From assembly GCA_027023405.1 (NCBI GenBank), contig JALVVN010000038.1:147333-211332 (forward strand): 64,000 nt of DNA, read 5' to 3'. Positions 47,919 to 58,793 of this stretch are shown one piece after another. The notes under the pieces are model-generated. The model worked only from the letters and a program-made list of their open reading frames with translations, did not search any database and was not told the DNA's origin. This DNA comes from Campylobacterales bacterium (GTDB taxonomy: Bacteria > Campylobacterota > Campylobacteria > Campylobacterales > QNZT01). The position numbers and the translations under genes are program-made. How positions within the stretch are numbered: the first letter of the stretch is position 1; each line of letters starts with the position of its first letter.

Positions 47919-50125
47919 GCAACTACTTCACTTTTATAATGCAAGATGAGCTTATCATCTTCGATATCAAGCTCTACTACACCGCCATCACGCAACTTGC
48001 CAAAGAGGACTTCATCGGTGAGTGGTGTTTTGACTTCATCTTGAATGACGCGACTCATCACTCTCGCACCGAGCGTATCGCTGTATCCTTTATCGGCAAG
48101 ATACTCTTTTGCCGCTTTTGTCGCTTCGATCGTCACACCTTTGTCACTCAGAAGCATCTCAAGCTCAGTGAGCTGTTTTTCGACGATATGGATCATATTC
48201 TCCCTCGCGAGTGGCTTAAAGTGTACCGTTGCATCAAGTCGGTTTCTAAATTCAGGAGCGAAGAAGTCTCCGATTGCATTTTCCGCCTGCGCACTATCAT
48301 CTTTAGTAAAGCCCATTGTCGGTGCTGCTTGGGTACCGAGGTTACTTGTCATGATGATGATCACATTTCTAAAGTCGGTTTTGACACCGTCGTTATCCGT
48401 CAGTGTTGCATTGTCCATCACTTGAAGGAGGATATTCATCACATCCGGATGCGCCTTCTCAACTTCATCGAGCAGAAGCACACTATAAGGGTGTTTTCGT
48501 ATAGCTTCGGTAAGCTGACCACCCTCCTCATATCCGACATACCCCGGAGGCGCACCGATAAGCCTTGCGACATTGTGCTTCTCCATATACTCACTCATAT
48601 CAAAGCGCTCAAAGTGGATACCGAGACTCTGCGCGAGCTGCTTTGCCACCTCTGTCTTACCAACACCCGTAGGCCCAACAAAGAGGAACGATCCGACCGG
48701 TGCATTCGGACGACCAAGACCGGCACGACCGCGTTTGACCGCCTTGGCAAGCTCTACGATCGCTTCATCTTGACCGAATACTTTGCTCTTGAGTTCGCTC
48801 TCCAGATTTTGTAGCACTTTCACATCATCGCTACTTACCTGTTTGGTTGGAATATTCGCCATACGAGATACCACCTCTTCGATATCGGTAACGACCACTT
48901 CACTTCGACCCTTTTTATGGATATGAAACGACGCTCCCACTTCATCGATTAAGTCAATCGCACTATCGGGCAAGAAACGATCATTGATATGCTTCTTCGC
49001 CAACTCTACCGCACTCTGAAGCGTCTCATCGGGGTAGCTGATCTTGTGGTGTGTTTCATACTTCTCTTTGAGTCCTTTGAGGATCAAAAAGCTATCTTCG
49101 ATACTCGGTTCATTCACATCGATCTTTGCAAAGCGTCGTGAGAGTGCCTTGTCTTTGTCAAAAAAGTTTCGGTATTCACTGTATGTCGTCGCACCGATAC
49201 ACTTGATGCCTCCACTGGCAAGTGCAGGTTTGAGTAGGTTGGAGAGATCCATGCTCCCGCCACTCGTTGAGCCTGCACCTACGATGGTATGGATCTCATC
49301 GATAAAGAGCACGGCATTCTCGATCCCCTCTAGCTCACTCAAGACACCTTTGAGTCGCTTCTCAAAATCACCGCGATACTTTGTCCCAGAAAGCAACGCA
49401 CCGATGTCGAGTGAAAAGAGTGAAGCGTTTTTGAGGATCTCAGGTGTTTCATCATTAAGAATCTTGAGTGCAAGCCCCTCGACGATCGCCGTCTTACCCA
49501 CTCCGGGTTCACCCACGAGAAGCGGATTGTTCTTTTTACGACGGCAAAGCACTTGCATCACCCGATCGAGTTCCTGATCCCGCCCGATGACCGGATCGAT
49601 CTTTCCACTTTTAGCTAAAGCGTTGAGATTGACGGTATAGTTGGCTAGATCGCCATCCTCTTTCGGCTCACTCTCTTTTTTCACTTCACTCTTTTGCTCA
49701 TAGCGTTCATCGGCAACATGCTCCATAATCATCAATCTCGATATGCCCTGTTGTTTGAGCAGATAGACACTATAACTCCGCTCCTCATCAAAAAGCGCAA
49801 TCAGTAGATCTTCGACACTTGCCTGTTTCTTATCCGCACCCTTGATAGAGGTGAGCATATTGTCGATCACCCGAGCGAGTGCGACTGTCTCAAAGGGATC
49901 GTGATAGTTCTCCTCCGGCAACGGCTTAAATACCGAGTCAAGATGTGTCTTAATTCTCTCATACAAAAAATCGGTATCCGCACCGCATTTTTTCAGTAAG
50001 GCGATCGCTTGATCGTTTGTCAAAAGCGAGTAGAAGACATGCTCAATCGTGACATATTCGTGTTTGCTCTTTTTGGCATACTCTAACGCTTCATTTAATA
50101 CCGAATTTAACTCTTTGTTTAACAT
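47915..50125 (-). CDS. clpA: ATP-dependent Clp protease ATP-binding subunit ClpA
   Basis: 736 aa with a Clp N-domain and two AAA+ modules (GEPGVGKT, FIDEIH; GPTGVGKTE, LLLDEVEKAH). No ClpB-type middle domain. Confidence 0.9.
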   Translation of the reverse strand: MLNKELNSVLNEALEYAKKSKHEYVTIEHVFYSLLTNDQAIALLKKCGADTDFLYERIKTHLDSVFKPLPEENYHDPFETVALARVIDNMLTSIKGADKKQASVEDLLIALFDEERSYSVYLLKQQGISRLMIMEHVADERYEQKSEVKKESEPKEDGDLANYTVNLNALAKSGKIDPVIGRDQELDRVMQVLCRRKKNNPLLVGEPGVGKTAIVEGLALKILNDETPEILKNASLFSLDIGALLSGTKYRGDFEKRLKGVLSELEGIENAVLFIDEIHTIVGAGSTSGGSMDLSNLLKPALASGGIKCIGATTYSEYRNFFDKDKALSRRFAKIDVNEPSIEDSFLILKGLKEKYETHHKISYPDETLQSAVELAKKHINDRFLPDSAIDLIDEVGASFHIHKKGRSEVVVTDIEEVVSRMANIPTKQVSSDDVKVLQNLESELKSKVFGQDEAIVELAKAVKRGRAGLGRPNAPVGSFLFVGPTGVGKTEVAKQLAQSLGIHFERFDMSEYMEKHNVARLIGAPPGYVGYEEGGQLTEAIRKHPYSVLLLDEVEKAHPDVMNILLQVMDNATLTDNDGVKTDFRNVIIIMTSNLGTQAAPTMGFTKDDSAQAENAIGDFFAPEFRNRLDATVHFKPLARENMIHIVEKQLTELEMLLSDKGVTIEATKAAKEYLADKGYSDTLGARVMSRVIQDEVKTPLTDEVLFGKLRDGGVVELDIEDDKLILHYKSEVVA

Positions 50126-50431
50126 TTATGCTTCCTCTATGATTGCTTTTAACGGATATTCGTTCTCTTTTGCTCTCTGTTTGACTTGAAAAGCTTTGGT
50201 CTCAGCCACTTCATAGCTATAGATACCGCAGACTCCGCGACCGTTTCGATGCACCTCGAGCATAATATTGATAGCGCTATCGACACTATGCCCAAAGAGA
50301 TCCATCAAAATCTCAACAACAAAATCCATGCTGGTAAAATCGTCATTTAACAGAACTACTTTATACTTTTTGAGCTCTAATATCTGCTCTTGCGAGTCTA
50401 GTTCCGTATCTAAGTCACTTTTTGTGCTCAC
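50126..50431 (-). CDS. clpS: ClpA adaptor protein ClpS
   Basis: 101 aa with YKVVLLNDDFTSMDFVVEILMDLFGHS, typical of ClpS. Abuts clpA. Confidence 0.9.
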   Translation of the reverse strand: MSTKSDLDTELDSQEQILELKKYKVVLLNDDFTSMDFVVEILMDLFGHSVDSAINIMLEVHRNGRGVCGIYSYEVAETKAFQVKQRAKENEYPLKAIIEEA

Positions 50432-50552
50432 TTACTTTCCTCTTTTGTCATGAATTTACCTTAATTATACACACATAAAGCAAATTATTGGTTAATAAAC
50501 CGGAAAAATTTTCTCCAAACACTTCAAAGTTGTAGTTTGGTAAACTTTTTGG

Positions 50553-51188
50553 ATGAAAACACTCTTTATCACCGCTACCAATACCGATGTCGGCAAAACC
50601 TATACTACACTGAAACTGCTTGAACTCTATGCTCGACTTGGCTACCGTGTCGGTGTGATGAAACCCATAGAAACAGGTGTAAAAAATGCCCCCAAAGATG
50701 CTACACGACTCTTCAAAAAAGCATGCACACTCAACCCCGTTCTCAACGCTCTCACTCTGGATGATATCTGCCCGATTCGATTTACTCTGCCGGCAGCCCC
50801 AATCGTCGCAAACAACTTGGAGCCAATCGATCTTGCACCATTGAAAAAGAGTTATGACAAGCTCAACAAAATGTGCGATCTCATCTTGATTGAGGGAGCC
50901 GGAGGACTTTTGACACCCATCAACCTAAACTTTTATATGGCTGATCTGATCCCTTTTTTTGATGCCAAGGCGCTATTGGTCTGTGATGATGCTTTGGGCG
51001 CCATCAACCAAATCCACCTCAACCTCCACTATCTTGCATCACAAAAGATCGCTTATGAGTGGATCATCAACCAACGAGACCCACATTTCGAGCAGATTAG
51101 CAAACCCTATCTCCAAGCGCATTTTGGCAAGGTAGAAACGATCGAGCACGATCTCGCAACCGTCGCGCGCCGACTGTTGGATCAGTAG
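50553..51188 (+). CDS. bioD: Dethiobiotin synthase
   Basis: 211 aa with the N-terminal P-loop FITATNTDVGKTYTT and IEGAGGLLTP. Confidence 0.85.
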   Translation: MKTLFITATNTDVGKTYTTLKLLELYARLGYRVGVMKPIETGVKNAPKDATRLFKKACTLNPVLNALTLDDICPIRFTLPAAPIVANNLEPIDLAPLKKSYDKLNKMCDLILIEGAGGLLTPINLNFYMADLIPFFDAKALLVCDDALGAINQIHLNLHYLASQKIAYEWIINQRDPHFEQISKPYLQAHFGKVETIEHDLATVARRLLDQ

Positions 51189-51724
51189 CTCACCGTTACC
51201 GTCACAGGGATCGTTCTAAGCGGTCGATCGCTGATCTTGACAATCCTTCTTCCTTTATAGTAGGCGATATTCTCATACCCTACCAATCGACTTTGCGCCC
51301 TGCTTTGGCGATATTTAGTTACACACTCCCGCTTCGTCTGGTAGGTAGGCTCTTGATAGATCTGCTGTTGTTGCGCGTGTTGTTGCGCCATATTTCCACC
51401 GACGATCGTCCCCAAGATCGCCCCGCCGATGGTCGCGACATCTTTTCCCTTGCCTTTTCCGATCTGATGTCCCAAGACACCGCCGACCGCACCGCCCAAA
51501 ACCGATGCGGCTACCTGATCCTGATTCATCGTATTTGTACCACCGCCACCATAGGCCCTCTGGACTCTTACGCGTTTGTCGTAACACTCCTGATAAGGGA
51601 TGCGCTCACTAGTTCGTTCATACTGCGGATGGCTCTCACTCACCCTGATCTGCTGCGTAAAACTAAAACTCTCTGCATTTGCAAGTGTTGTTAAAAGTGC
51701 TAATGTTGTTACTACTCTTTTCAT
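51182..51724 (-). CDS. Secreted glycine-zipper protein (Rickettsia 17-kDa antigen-like)
   Basis: 180 aa with a signal peptide and the glycine zipper VLGGAVGGVLGHQIGKGKGKDVATIGGAILGTIVGG. Confidence 0.6.
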   Translation of the reverse strand: MKRVVTTLALLTTLANAESFSFTQQIRVSESHPQYERTSERIPYQECYDKRVRVQRAYGGGGTNTMNQDQVAASVLGGAVGGVLGHQIGKGKGKDVATIGGAILGTIVGGNMAQQHAQQQQIYQEPTYQTKRECVTKYRQSRAQSRLVGYENIAYYKGRRIVKISDRPLRTIPVTVTVSY

Positions 51725-51802
51725 TTTTTCTCCTTAAACCTTTTGAGAAATTATCCCACTCTACTGTGAAACGATTGTGAAGATTTAAACTTTTGTGCTA
51801 AA

Positions 51803-52714
51803 ATGAACCTTATGAAACATCTAACTAGTACCGAAGATTTGAGCCTCTCCGAAGTCGAAGCGATCCTCGATCGTACCCGCCGGTTCAAAAATAATTTTAA
51901 AGACAATTCTATCCAACGAACGCTCAAAGATCGCCTTATTATCACCATCTTTTTTGAAAACTCCACACGCACACGAAGCTCCTTTGAAGTTGCTGCCAAA
52001 CGACTCGGTGCCGAAGTGGTCAGTCTCGATGTCTCCAAAAGCTCCACTTCTAAGGGGGAGACACTCTATGACACCGCGAGTAATCTTGATGCGATGATGC
52101 CCGACGCGATCATTGTTCGGCACAAAGATTCGGGCGTACCGAAAATCCTCTCCAACTATATCTCCTGTCCGATCCTCAATGCCGGCGACGGCTCACACGC
52201 ACACCCTAGCCAAGCCCTACTCGATCTCTTTACCATCAAAGAACATTTCAACTTTGGAGAGATAAGGGGCAAACGCATCGCTATCGTCGGCGATATCAAA
52301 AACTCCCGCGTCGCCAATAGCAATATCGAACTACTTGGCCGCATGGGCTTGGATATCACGCTCGTCGCCCCACCCCACTTTATGCCCAAGCGCCCCTCTC
52401 TCAAGCAGAGCCACGCACTAGAGCCGATTCTGGATGAAGTGGATATCATTATGAGCCTACGCACCCAAATAGAGCGACACTCCAACGCTACCTACGCATC
52501 ACTCAAAGATTATGCCCGCGATTTTTGCATCACCAAAGATCGTATCGGGGATCGTGATATTTTACTCCTGCATCCAGGGCCGGTCAATCGCAATATCGAT
52601 ATCGATGATGAGATGCTCAGTGATCCGCGATGCAAAGTACTTACACAAGTACAAAACGGTGTTTTTGTTCGAATGTCGATATTGGAGAAGCTGATCCTTG
52701 ATTCCCAAGCATAA
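51803..52714 (+). CDS. pyrB: Aspartate carbamoyltransferase catalytic subunit
   Basis: 303 aa with [21 protein letters not shown] and HPGP motifs. Confidence 0.9.
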   Translation: MNLMKHLTSTEDLSLSEVEAILDRTRRFKNNFKDNSIQRTLKDRLIITIFFENSTRTRSSFEVAAKRLGAEVVSLDVSKSSTSKGETLYDTASNLDAMMPDAIIVRHKDSGVPKILSNYISCPILNAGDGSHAHPSQALLDLFTIKEHFNFGEIRGKRIAIVGDIKNSRVANSNIELLGRMGLDITLVAPPHFMPKRPSLKQSHALEPILDEVDIIMSLRTQIERHSNATYASLKDYARDFCITKDRIGDRDILLLHPGPVNRNIDIDDEMLSDPRCKVLTQVQNGVFVRMSILEKLILDSQA

Positions 52715-53669
52715 TCCCGATCTTCAAGAGAGGCTCAACCACTACGGCAGAGCGCGAACTCCGATCCTCTTTGTTATCAGCTACGATATGAGCGATTACA
52801 CTATTATACCGCTTGCCGATCTCGATCCCGCCGTTCAATACAGCATCGACAACTCCCAAAGCGGACACTCCGACCGAAACAGAAAAATACCCTACACCTA
52901 TCACCCCGTCTCCAAAGAGCGCTACCAAAAAGCATTTGAGACGGTTCAATCCTACATCCGATCTGGACACACCTATCTAGCCAATCTTACTTTTCCTTCA
53001 CACATCGAGATTGACTATTCACTCGAGGAGATCTACCGCTATGCTGATGCACGATTCAAACTTCTCTTTAAAGATCGCTTTGTCTGCTTCTCTCCCGAAC
53101 GCTTTGTCAAGATCGTAAACGACACCCTCTACACCCACCCGATGAAAGGGACGATCGACGCCACGATCCCCGATGCCGAGTCTCTGATCCTCGCCAATGA
53201 AAAGGAGATGGCAGAGCACACTATGGTCGTCGATCTGCTCCGAAATGATTTGGCGATGGTCTCCAAAGGTGTAACGGTCGATCGTTTTCGTTATATTGAA
53301 AAAATCAAGGCGGGAGAGCGGGAGCTGTTACAGGTGAGCTCACAGATTAAAGGGCAATTACGATCGAGATGGCAGGATCGCCTCGGCAATATTCTCATCA
53401 AGCTTCTTCCTGCTGGCTCCATCACCGGCACACCCAAAAAGCGAACCTGTGAAATCATCGAAGAGGTTGAGGGGTACGATCGCGGTTTTTACAGTGGTGT
53501 TTTTGGCATATTTGACGGAGAGTCACTTGATTCGGCGGTAATGATCCGCTTTATCGAAAAACAAGGTGACAAACTCATCTACAAAAGCGGCGGAGGGATC
53601 ACGATCGATAGCGATTGCGAAGCGGAGTATCAAGAGATGTGCGAGAAGATCTATGTCCCTTTTCTTTGA
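52698..53669 (+). CDS. pabB: Aminodeoxychorismate synthase component I (chorismate-binding enzyme, short form)
   Basis: 323 aa (TTG start) with [32 protein letters not shown] and GFYSGVFG blocks of the anthranilate/PABA synthase family. Followed by a class IV aminotransferase-like gene. Confidence 0.75.
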   Translation: MIPKHNPDLQERLNHYGRARTPILFVISYDMSDYTIIPLADLDPAVQYSIDNSQSGHSDRNRKIPYTYHPVSKERYQKAFETVQSYIRSGHTYLANLTFPSHIEIDYSLEEIYRYADARFKLLFKDRFVCFSPERFVKIVNDTLYTHPMKGTIDATIPDAESLILANEKEMAEHTMVVDLLRNDLAMVSKGVTVDRFRYIEKIKAGERELLQVSSQIKGQLRSRWQDRLGNILIKLLPAGSITGTPKKRTCEIIEEVEGYDRGFYSGVFGIFDGESLDSAVMIRFIEKQGDKLIYKSGGGITIDSDCEAEYQEMCEKIYVPFL

Positions 53670-54234
53670 GACGATCTTCCTCCAAAACGGCAACATTCGC
53701 AATCTCTCCTTTCACAATGCGCGCCTAAATCGTACACGAAAACTCTGCCTCAATCAAGATAGACCGCTCGATCTTGCCTCACTCGATCTTCCCTATCAAG
53801 ATGATCCGCTTCGAGTGAAGATTGTTTATGGCAAAGAATTTGTGGAAATGATGCATTTTCCGATTCTCCCGCGTAAATTTGAATCCTTCAAGATCATTCA
53901 CGCTGATCTCTCCTATCCCTTTAAGGCGCTAGATCGTACCCCACTAGATAAGCTTGTGGCACAGAAGGGATCGTGCGATGAGATTTTGATTGTCGATTCA
54001 GAGGGCTCTCTCAAAGATTTTTCCATCGCCAATATCGCACTCTTTGACGGTCAAAAATGGATTACACCTCGCCACCCCCTACTGCAAGGAACGATGCGTG
54101 CTTCTCTCCTAAATAATCAATTACTTTTAGAAAAAGATGTTAAAATAGAGCAATTAAAAACTTTTACAAAAATCGCAATGTTAAACGCTATTTTGGGTTT
54201 TCATCAAATTTCACGATTTCATATAGAGGAGTAG
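53653..54234 (+). CDS. pabC: Aminodeoxychorismate lyase-like (class IV aminotransferase fold)
   Basis: 194 aa from ATG 53653, overlapping pabB by 17 nt. It has a YPFKALDR Lys block and NIALFDGQKWITPRHPLLQGTMRASLL. The tracked 53566 extension lies inside pabB and was rejected. Confidence 0.6.
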   Translation: MSLFFETIFLQNGNIRNLSFHNARLNRTRKLCLNQDRPLDLASLDLPYQDDPLRVKIVYGKEFVEMMHFPILPRKFESFKIIHADLSYPFKALDRTPLDKLVAQKGSCDEILIVDSEGSLKDFSIANIALFDGQKWITPRHPLLQGTMRASLLNNQLLLEKDVKIEQLKTFTKIAMLNAILGFHQISRFHIEE

Positions 54235-54236
54235 AG

Positions 54237-54683
54237 ATGCATCGATTTTTAACGGACGCAAACTTTTGTAATTTAATGAGGCGACATATCTATGAAACGA
54301 TCGATCTTCTACTTCAAAAGGGAGAGTTTTTTTCCGTCTTAACCCATATCAACAGTGTAAACTTTGACCCGCAACTCCCCGAAGAGATTAGCCGTAGATT
54401 CAAACCTGTCACACTCTTTGATATCGCTGAATATACTTTTGAGAGTGCAACGATTGATGATAAAAATTTCTACTTTGAAGCCGGTTTCGGTGCAGAAAAT
54501 ATCGGAAGTTTTGTCACGGTACCGCTGAGCTCAATCGTGCAAATACTTTTGGGTGACACCCCGATCTTAATCAACCTCTCGATTGAAGTAGCATCGCAAG
54601 AGGAGCATCATAAAGACGGCATCGAGCGATCAACCAATATCTTTCTCTCTAATCCAAAAAATAAAAAAATATTAAAAAAGTAG
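54237..54683 (+). CDS. Hypothetical protein, possibly SspB-like
   Basis: 148 aa. The layout (I..LL..G..., L..I..., F.A.FG......VP...IV.I) is reminiscent of the SspB adaptor fold. Weak, memory-based similarity only. Confidence 0.3.
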   Translation: MHRFLTDANFCNLMRRHIYETIDLLLQKGEFFSVLTHINSVNFDPQLPEEISRRFKPVTLFDIAEYTFESATIDDKNFYFEAGFGAENIGSFVTVPLSSIVQILLGDTPILINLSIEVASQEEHHKDGIERSTNIFLSNPKNKKILKK

Positions 54684-54692
54684 AAGTGCCTT

Positions 54693-55598
54693 TTACACTT
54701 TTCTACTTCGACTCATTACAAAATCTGATACCTTTTCGATAAAAGCATCATGTTTGCGCTCTTTGAGATAGACAACAGAGAAGTGTCGCTTGATTTTGAC
54801 ACCTTTGACCTGCGACATATACAACAATCCTTTGCTCAACTCCTCTTGAATCACAAATTTTGACATCAAGGAAAGCGTTGGAGTAGCTTTATCCTTCTTG
54901 GCGTTAATGATAGTGTTTTTGACGGCAGTTTGTGACGAAACCGTTGCAACGATATTAAAGTTACGGCACTCAATATCCATTTTGGCAAAATACTCCGTCG
55001 CAAGCTTTCTAGTATGTGAATCCTCTTCACGACAGACCCAGTGGTACTTTTCAAGGTTTTCCGGCTTAATATAGCGCGGTAACGGCATATTACTTACCAA
55101 TACCAACTCATCTTCCAGCCACTGTTTGATGATCACACCATCCACTAGAACCGGTCCCTCTACCAGAGCAAGGTCTATCTTTTTTGCAAGCAACATTTCC
55201 AAAATGTGATTGGTCGTATCGATTTGAATATGCGCCTCATTTTTGATCGCATCCTGGAGTTCATTTAGACAATAGGGCAAAACATAGTTACCAATCGTAA
55301 ATGAAGTACCAATACGGAAAATCAACTCTTTATTAATAATCTTGATGATATCCTGCTCGACATTATTGATACATCGCTCTAGTCGTTGTGCCACACGATA
55401 GAGCTCTTCCCCCGTATTGGTTAAAGTTATACCGTTCTTCTTTCGCTCAACGATTTTATTATCCAAATACTCCTCTAGCCACTTGATCTGCTGTGTGACC
55501 GCAGGCTGAGAAATCCCGAGCTTTTTAGAAGCCTTTGAAAAGCTCTTTTCTTTAACTACTGTCAGAAATGTCTCCAGTTTTGCAAAATCTTTTAACAT
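54693..55598 (-). CDS. LysR-family transcriptional regulator
   Basis: 301 aa with the N-terminal HTH FLTVVKEKSFSKASKKLGISQPAVTQQIKWLE followed by a LysR substrate-binding domain. Confidence 0.85.
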   Translation of the reverse strand: MLKDFAKLETFLTVVKEKSFSKASKKLGISQPAVTQQIKWLEEYLDNKIVERKKNGITLTNTGEELYRVAQRLERCINNVEQDIIKIINKELIFRIGTSFTIGNYVLPYCLNELQDAIKNEAHIQIDTTNHILEMLLAKKIDLALVEGPVLVDGVIIKQWLEDELVLVSNMPLPRYIKPENLEKYHWVCREEDSHTRKLATEYFAKMDIECRNFNIVATVSSQTAVKNTIINAKKDKATPTLSLMSKFVIQEELSKGLLYMSQVKGVKIKRHFSVVYLKERKHDAFIEKVSDFVMSRSRKV

Positions 55599-55747
55599 AA
55601 TCTCCCTTTATATACTAAACATCATCTGATTATAATATGATTTTATATCAGTTTGAGATTATTATAACCCATAATAATGTAAATTTAGATAAAATCTAAA
55701 AATAATATGCTATAATAAATAAGAATATAGTTAATACGGTAAGGGTC

Positions 55748-57799
55748 ATGGAATCAATTTTAAACTCTCTAAACGACGCACAAAAAGAGGCGGTACAACA
55801 GATTGACGGACCACTGTTAATCTTAGCCGGTGCCGGTAGTGGCAAGACCAAGACGATTACATCCAGGGTAGCGTATCTGCTCAAAAACGGTATCCCGCCC
55901 TCCTCCATTCTGACCCTGACCTTTACCAACAAAGCCGCAAATGAGATGCGAAACCGCGCCCTTTCACTTATCGATGAGCAGTTGAGCTATACGCCACTTT
56001 TGTGCACTTTTCATAAATTCGGCTTGCTCTTTCTCAAGCATCACATCTCTCACCTCGATCGGGAAAACAATTTTGTCATCATCGATACCGATGATAAGAA
56101 GCGCATCATCAAAAGTTTCGATATCGATCTGCCAGTTTCACTCATCGCTAGTGAGATCTCTCGCTACAAAAACAATCTCGTCAATCCCCAAGAAGCGATC
56201 GCAGGTGCGCAACTCCCCAACTTCAAAAAGATCGCCCACCTCTACCAAAAGTATGAAGCCTATCTTCGTCAAAATAATTTGGTCGATTTTGATGATCTTA
56301 TCGCCCTCCCCTATCAGATCCTTGATCAAAAACCCGATCTTGCACGGGAGACGAGTGAACGATACCGTTACATTATGGTCGATGAGTACCAAGATACCAA
56401 CGATCTACAACTGATGCTACTCAAAAAGCTCACTACCGCCCACCACAATATCTGTGTCGTCGGTGATGACGATCAGAGTATCTATGGCTGGCGTGGTGCC
56501 AATATCAAAAATATTCTCGAGTTTGACCGGCTCTATGATGATGTCAAAGTGATCAAACTAGAGACCAACTACCGATCGACTGATCATATCCTTGAGTGTG
56601 CCAATAAACTCATCTCCCATAATCGAAACCGCCACCAAAAATCGCTCAATGGAACTAAGGGAAAAGGGGACGAAGTCAAACTCCTCAGCCACGATACAGA
56701 GAACCAAGAGGCGCTCAAGATCGCCCAAATGATCAATGACTTTCTCGATGAGGGCGTCAATCTCAACGATATCGCCGTGCTCTATCGCATCAATGCGCTA
56801 AGCCGCTCAATCGAAGAGGGGCTCAATCGCCAAGGAATCGCCTACAAAATGGTCGGCGGTGTGAAGTTTTATGAGAGAGCGGAGATCAAAGATATCATCT
56901 CCTATCTACGGCTCATCGCCAATCCCAACGATGATTTTTCGCTCAAGCGCATCATCAACAAACCCAAAAGAGGTCTCGGTAAAGCAACCATCGACAAACT
57001 CCAAGCGGGCGCACATGATCAACGATGCTCTATCTTTAGTTATATCTCTGAACATCAAACCGAACTCAAAAAAAAGATCGCCAAAAAACCTTTCGATGCT
57101 ATTACTCGATTCGTCGATCTGATGGATCATTTGATAGCCAAAAAAGAGGAGGGTTCACTGGAGACGCTCATCGATGATCTTGAAGATAGTTTCGGTATCA
57201 AGAGCTACTATCAAATGTTACCAGACGCACAAGAGAGAGTACTCAATATTGAGGAATTTTATGGGCTCTATCGTGATTTCATGATCCGAAATAGCGATGC
57301 AACTCTCGATGATTTTCTCAACGACATCTCACTCCAAAGTGATCAAGATCAGATAGACGAGAGTAGCGTCTCGGTGATGAGCATCCACGCAGCCAAAGGG
57401 TTGGAGTTCTCCTATGTGTTTGTGATCGGGCTTGAAGAGGGATTTTTCCCACTTTTGGGTGACGGTACCGATATCGAAGAGGAGCGACGACTCGGATATG
57501 TCGCCTTTACTAGAGCCAAAGATGCACTTTTTCTCTCACACTCCGAAAGTCGTTTCTACAAAGGGAAGCGCGCACGACTCAGCAAGAGCAGATTTTTGAG
57601 TGAAGCGGGGCTAGTCAAAGGATCTCTCAAGCTCAACAAAGATACCGCCGGCTACAAAAAAGGGATGCTTGTCAAGCATAAAATCTTTGGGATTGGCAGG
57701 GTCTTGGCGGTAAGCAAAGTCAAACGCGAAACAAAGCTCAAGATCAACTTTGCAGGCACCACACGCGACATCCTCGCCTCATTCGTGCAAAAGGTATAG
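55748..57799 (+). CDS. UvrD/PcrA/Rep-family SF1A DNA helicase
   Basis: 683 aa with LILAGAGSGKT, MVDEYQDTN, GDDDQSIYGWRGA, NYRS, SIHAAKGLEF and YVAFTRA motifs. Confidence 0.9.
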   Translation: MESILNSLNDAQKEAVQQIDGPLLILAGAGSGKTKTITSRVAYLLKNGIPPSSILTLTFTNKAANEMRNRALSLIDEQLSYTPLLCTFHKFGLLFLKHHISHLDRENNFVIIDTDDKKRIIKSFDIDLPVSLIASEISRYKNNLVNPQEAIAGAQLPNFKKIAHLYQKYEAYLRQNNLVDFDDLIALPYQILDQKPDLARETSERYRYIMVDEYQDTNDLQLMLLKKLTTAHHNICVVGDDDQSIYGWRGANIKNILEFDRLYDDVKVIKLETNYRSTDHILECANKLISHNRNRHQKSLNGTKGKGDEVKLLSHDTENQEALKIAQMINDFLDEGVNLNDIAVLYRINALSRSIEEGLNRQGIAYKMVGGVKFYERAEIKDIISYLRLIANPNDDFSLKRIINKPKRGLGKATIDKLQAGAHDQRCSIFSYISEHQTELKKKIAKKPFDAITRFVDLMDHLIAKKEEGSLETLIDDLEDSFGIKSYYQMLPDAQERVLNIEEFYGLYRDFMIRNSDATLDDFLNDISLQSDQDQIDESSVSVMSIHAAKGLEFSYVFVIGLEEGFFPLLGDGTDIEEERRLGYVAFTRAKDALFLSHSESRFYKGKRARLSKSRFLSEAGLVKGSLKLNKDTAGYKKGMLVKHKIFGIGRVLAVSKVKRETKLKINFAGTTRDILASFVQKV

Positions 57800-57908
57800 G
57801 AGGCTGTCGAACTCATGCTTGATTGGCTACAAAATCTACTCTTTTGTCTTATTTTCAGCTCCTTTTTGTTGAATAGATACGGCTATTCGCCTCAAAGGAG
57901 CTAAAAAT

Positions 57909-58793
57909 ATGCCTAAAAGATTACATTTTTCGCTTCAATCAGATGAGTCCGACAACCTCCAATCCCCCTTGCAAAATCGACTCTTTGTAGCCTACAAACC
58001 TGCTTCTATTGGCTCAAACCGTTTTCTCTCGCAGATCAAGCGAAGGTACGGCGTCAAAAAGGCGGGCTTCTCCGGTACGCTCGATCCCTTCGCCAAAGGG
58101 GTGCTCATCATCGCATTTGGACAATACACCAAACTCTTTCGCTATCTCAAAAAAGCTCCCAAACGCTACCGCGCTACCCTCTGGCTAGGTGCCCAAAGCC
58201 CGACACTCGATATCGAAAAAGTTTCGCAGATCAGCGAAGTCAAATCTCTTGATACTAAACGCATTGAAGCACTCTTTGCAGATCTGATCGGGCAGATCAG
58301 CTATCTACCGCCCAAATATAGCGCCAAGAAGATCGCGGGTAGACGCGCCTATGATCTTGCTAGAGCTGATCAAGATTTTGAACTCAAAACAGTGGAGAGC
58401 ACCATTTATGAGCTCAATCTTGTTCACTACACACACCCCTTTCTCACCTTTGATATTACCATCAGTGAGGGGGGATATGTACGATCTATTGCACAGATCA
58501 TCGCACAGAGGCTTGAAACGGTCGGAACACTAAGTGCTTTGGAGAGAGTGAATGAGGGAGACTTTGTCTATCAAGATGAATTACCGCTTGATCCGATCCA
58601 CTATCTCGATCTTCCACGAAATCGCTACTTAGGCGATACTGAGGATATTCTACTAGGTAGAAAACTCAAAAGATCGGATTTTAAGATCCAAAATGAGGGA
58701 GAGTATCTGCTCGTTTATGATACAATTCTCTCTATCATCGCCATCACGGAGGATGGTGTGGAATATCGATTAAATGGAGTGAAACGATGTTAG
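57909..58793 (+). CDS. truB: tRNA pseudouridine(55) synthase
   Basis: 294 aa with the catalytic block GFSGTLDPFAKGVL and the KYSAKKI..RRAY motif. The N-terminus is about 25 aa longer than the usual core. Confidence 0.85.
   Translation: MPKRLHFSLQSDESDNLQSPLQNRLFVAYKPASIGSNRFLSQIKRRYGVKKAGFSGTLDPFAKGVLIIAFGQYTKLFRYLKKAPKRYRATLWLGAQSPTLDIEKVSQISEVKSLDTKRIEALFADLIGQISYLPPKYSAKKIAGRRAYDLARADQDFELKTVESTIYELNLVHYTHPFLTFDITISEGGYVRSIAQIIAQRLETVGTLSALERVNEGDFVYQDELPLDPIHYLDLPRNRYLGDTEDILLGRKLKRSDFKIQNEGEYLLVYDTILSIIAITEDGVEYRLNGVKRC

Noticed and set aside
47939-49577. Long plus-strand ORFs (291, 126, 66 and 177 aa) inside the clpA region
   Set aside because: They are shadow ORFs antisense to a 736-aa gene with unambiguous ClpA motifs. 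Their translations are low-information and Ser/Arg/Leu-rich.
53566-53652. 29-codon extension of the pabC-like ORF
   Set aside because: It lies wholly inside pabB in another frame. ATG 53653 gives a normal short overlap with pabB.
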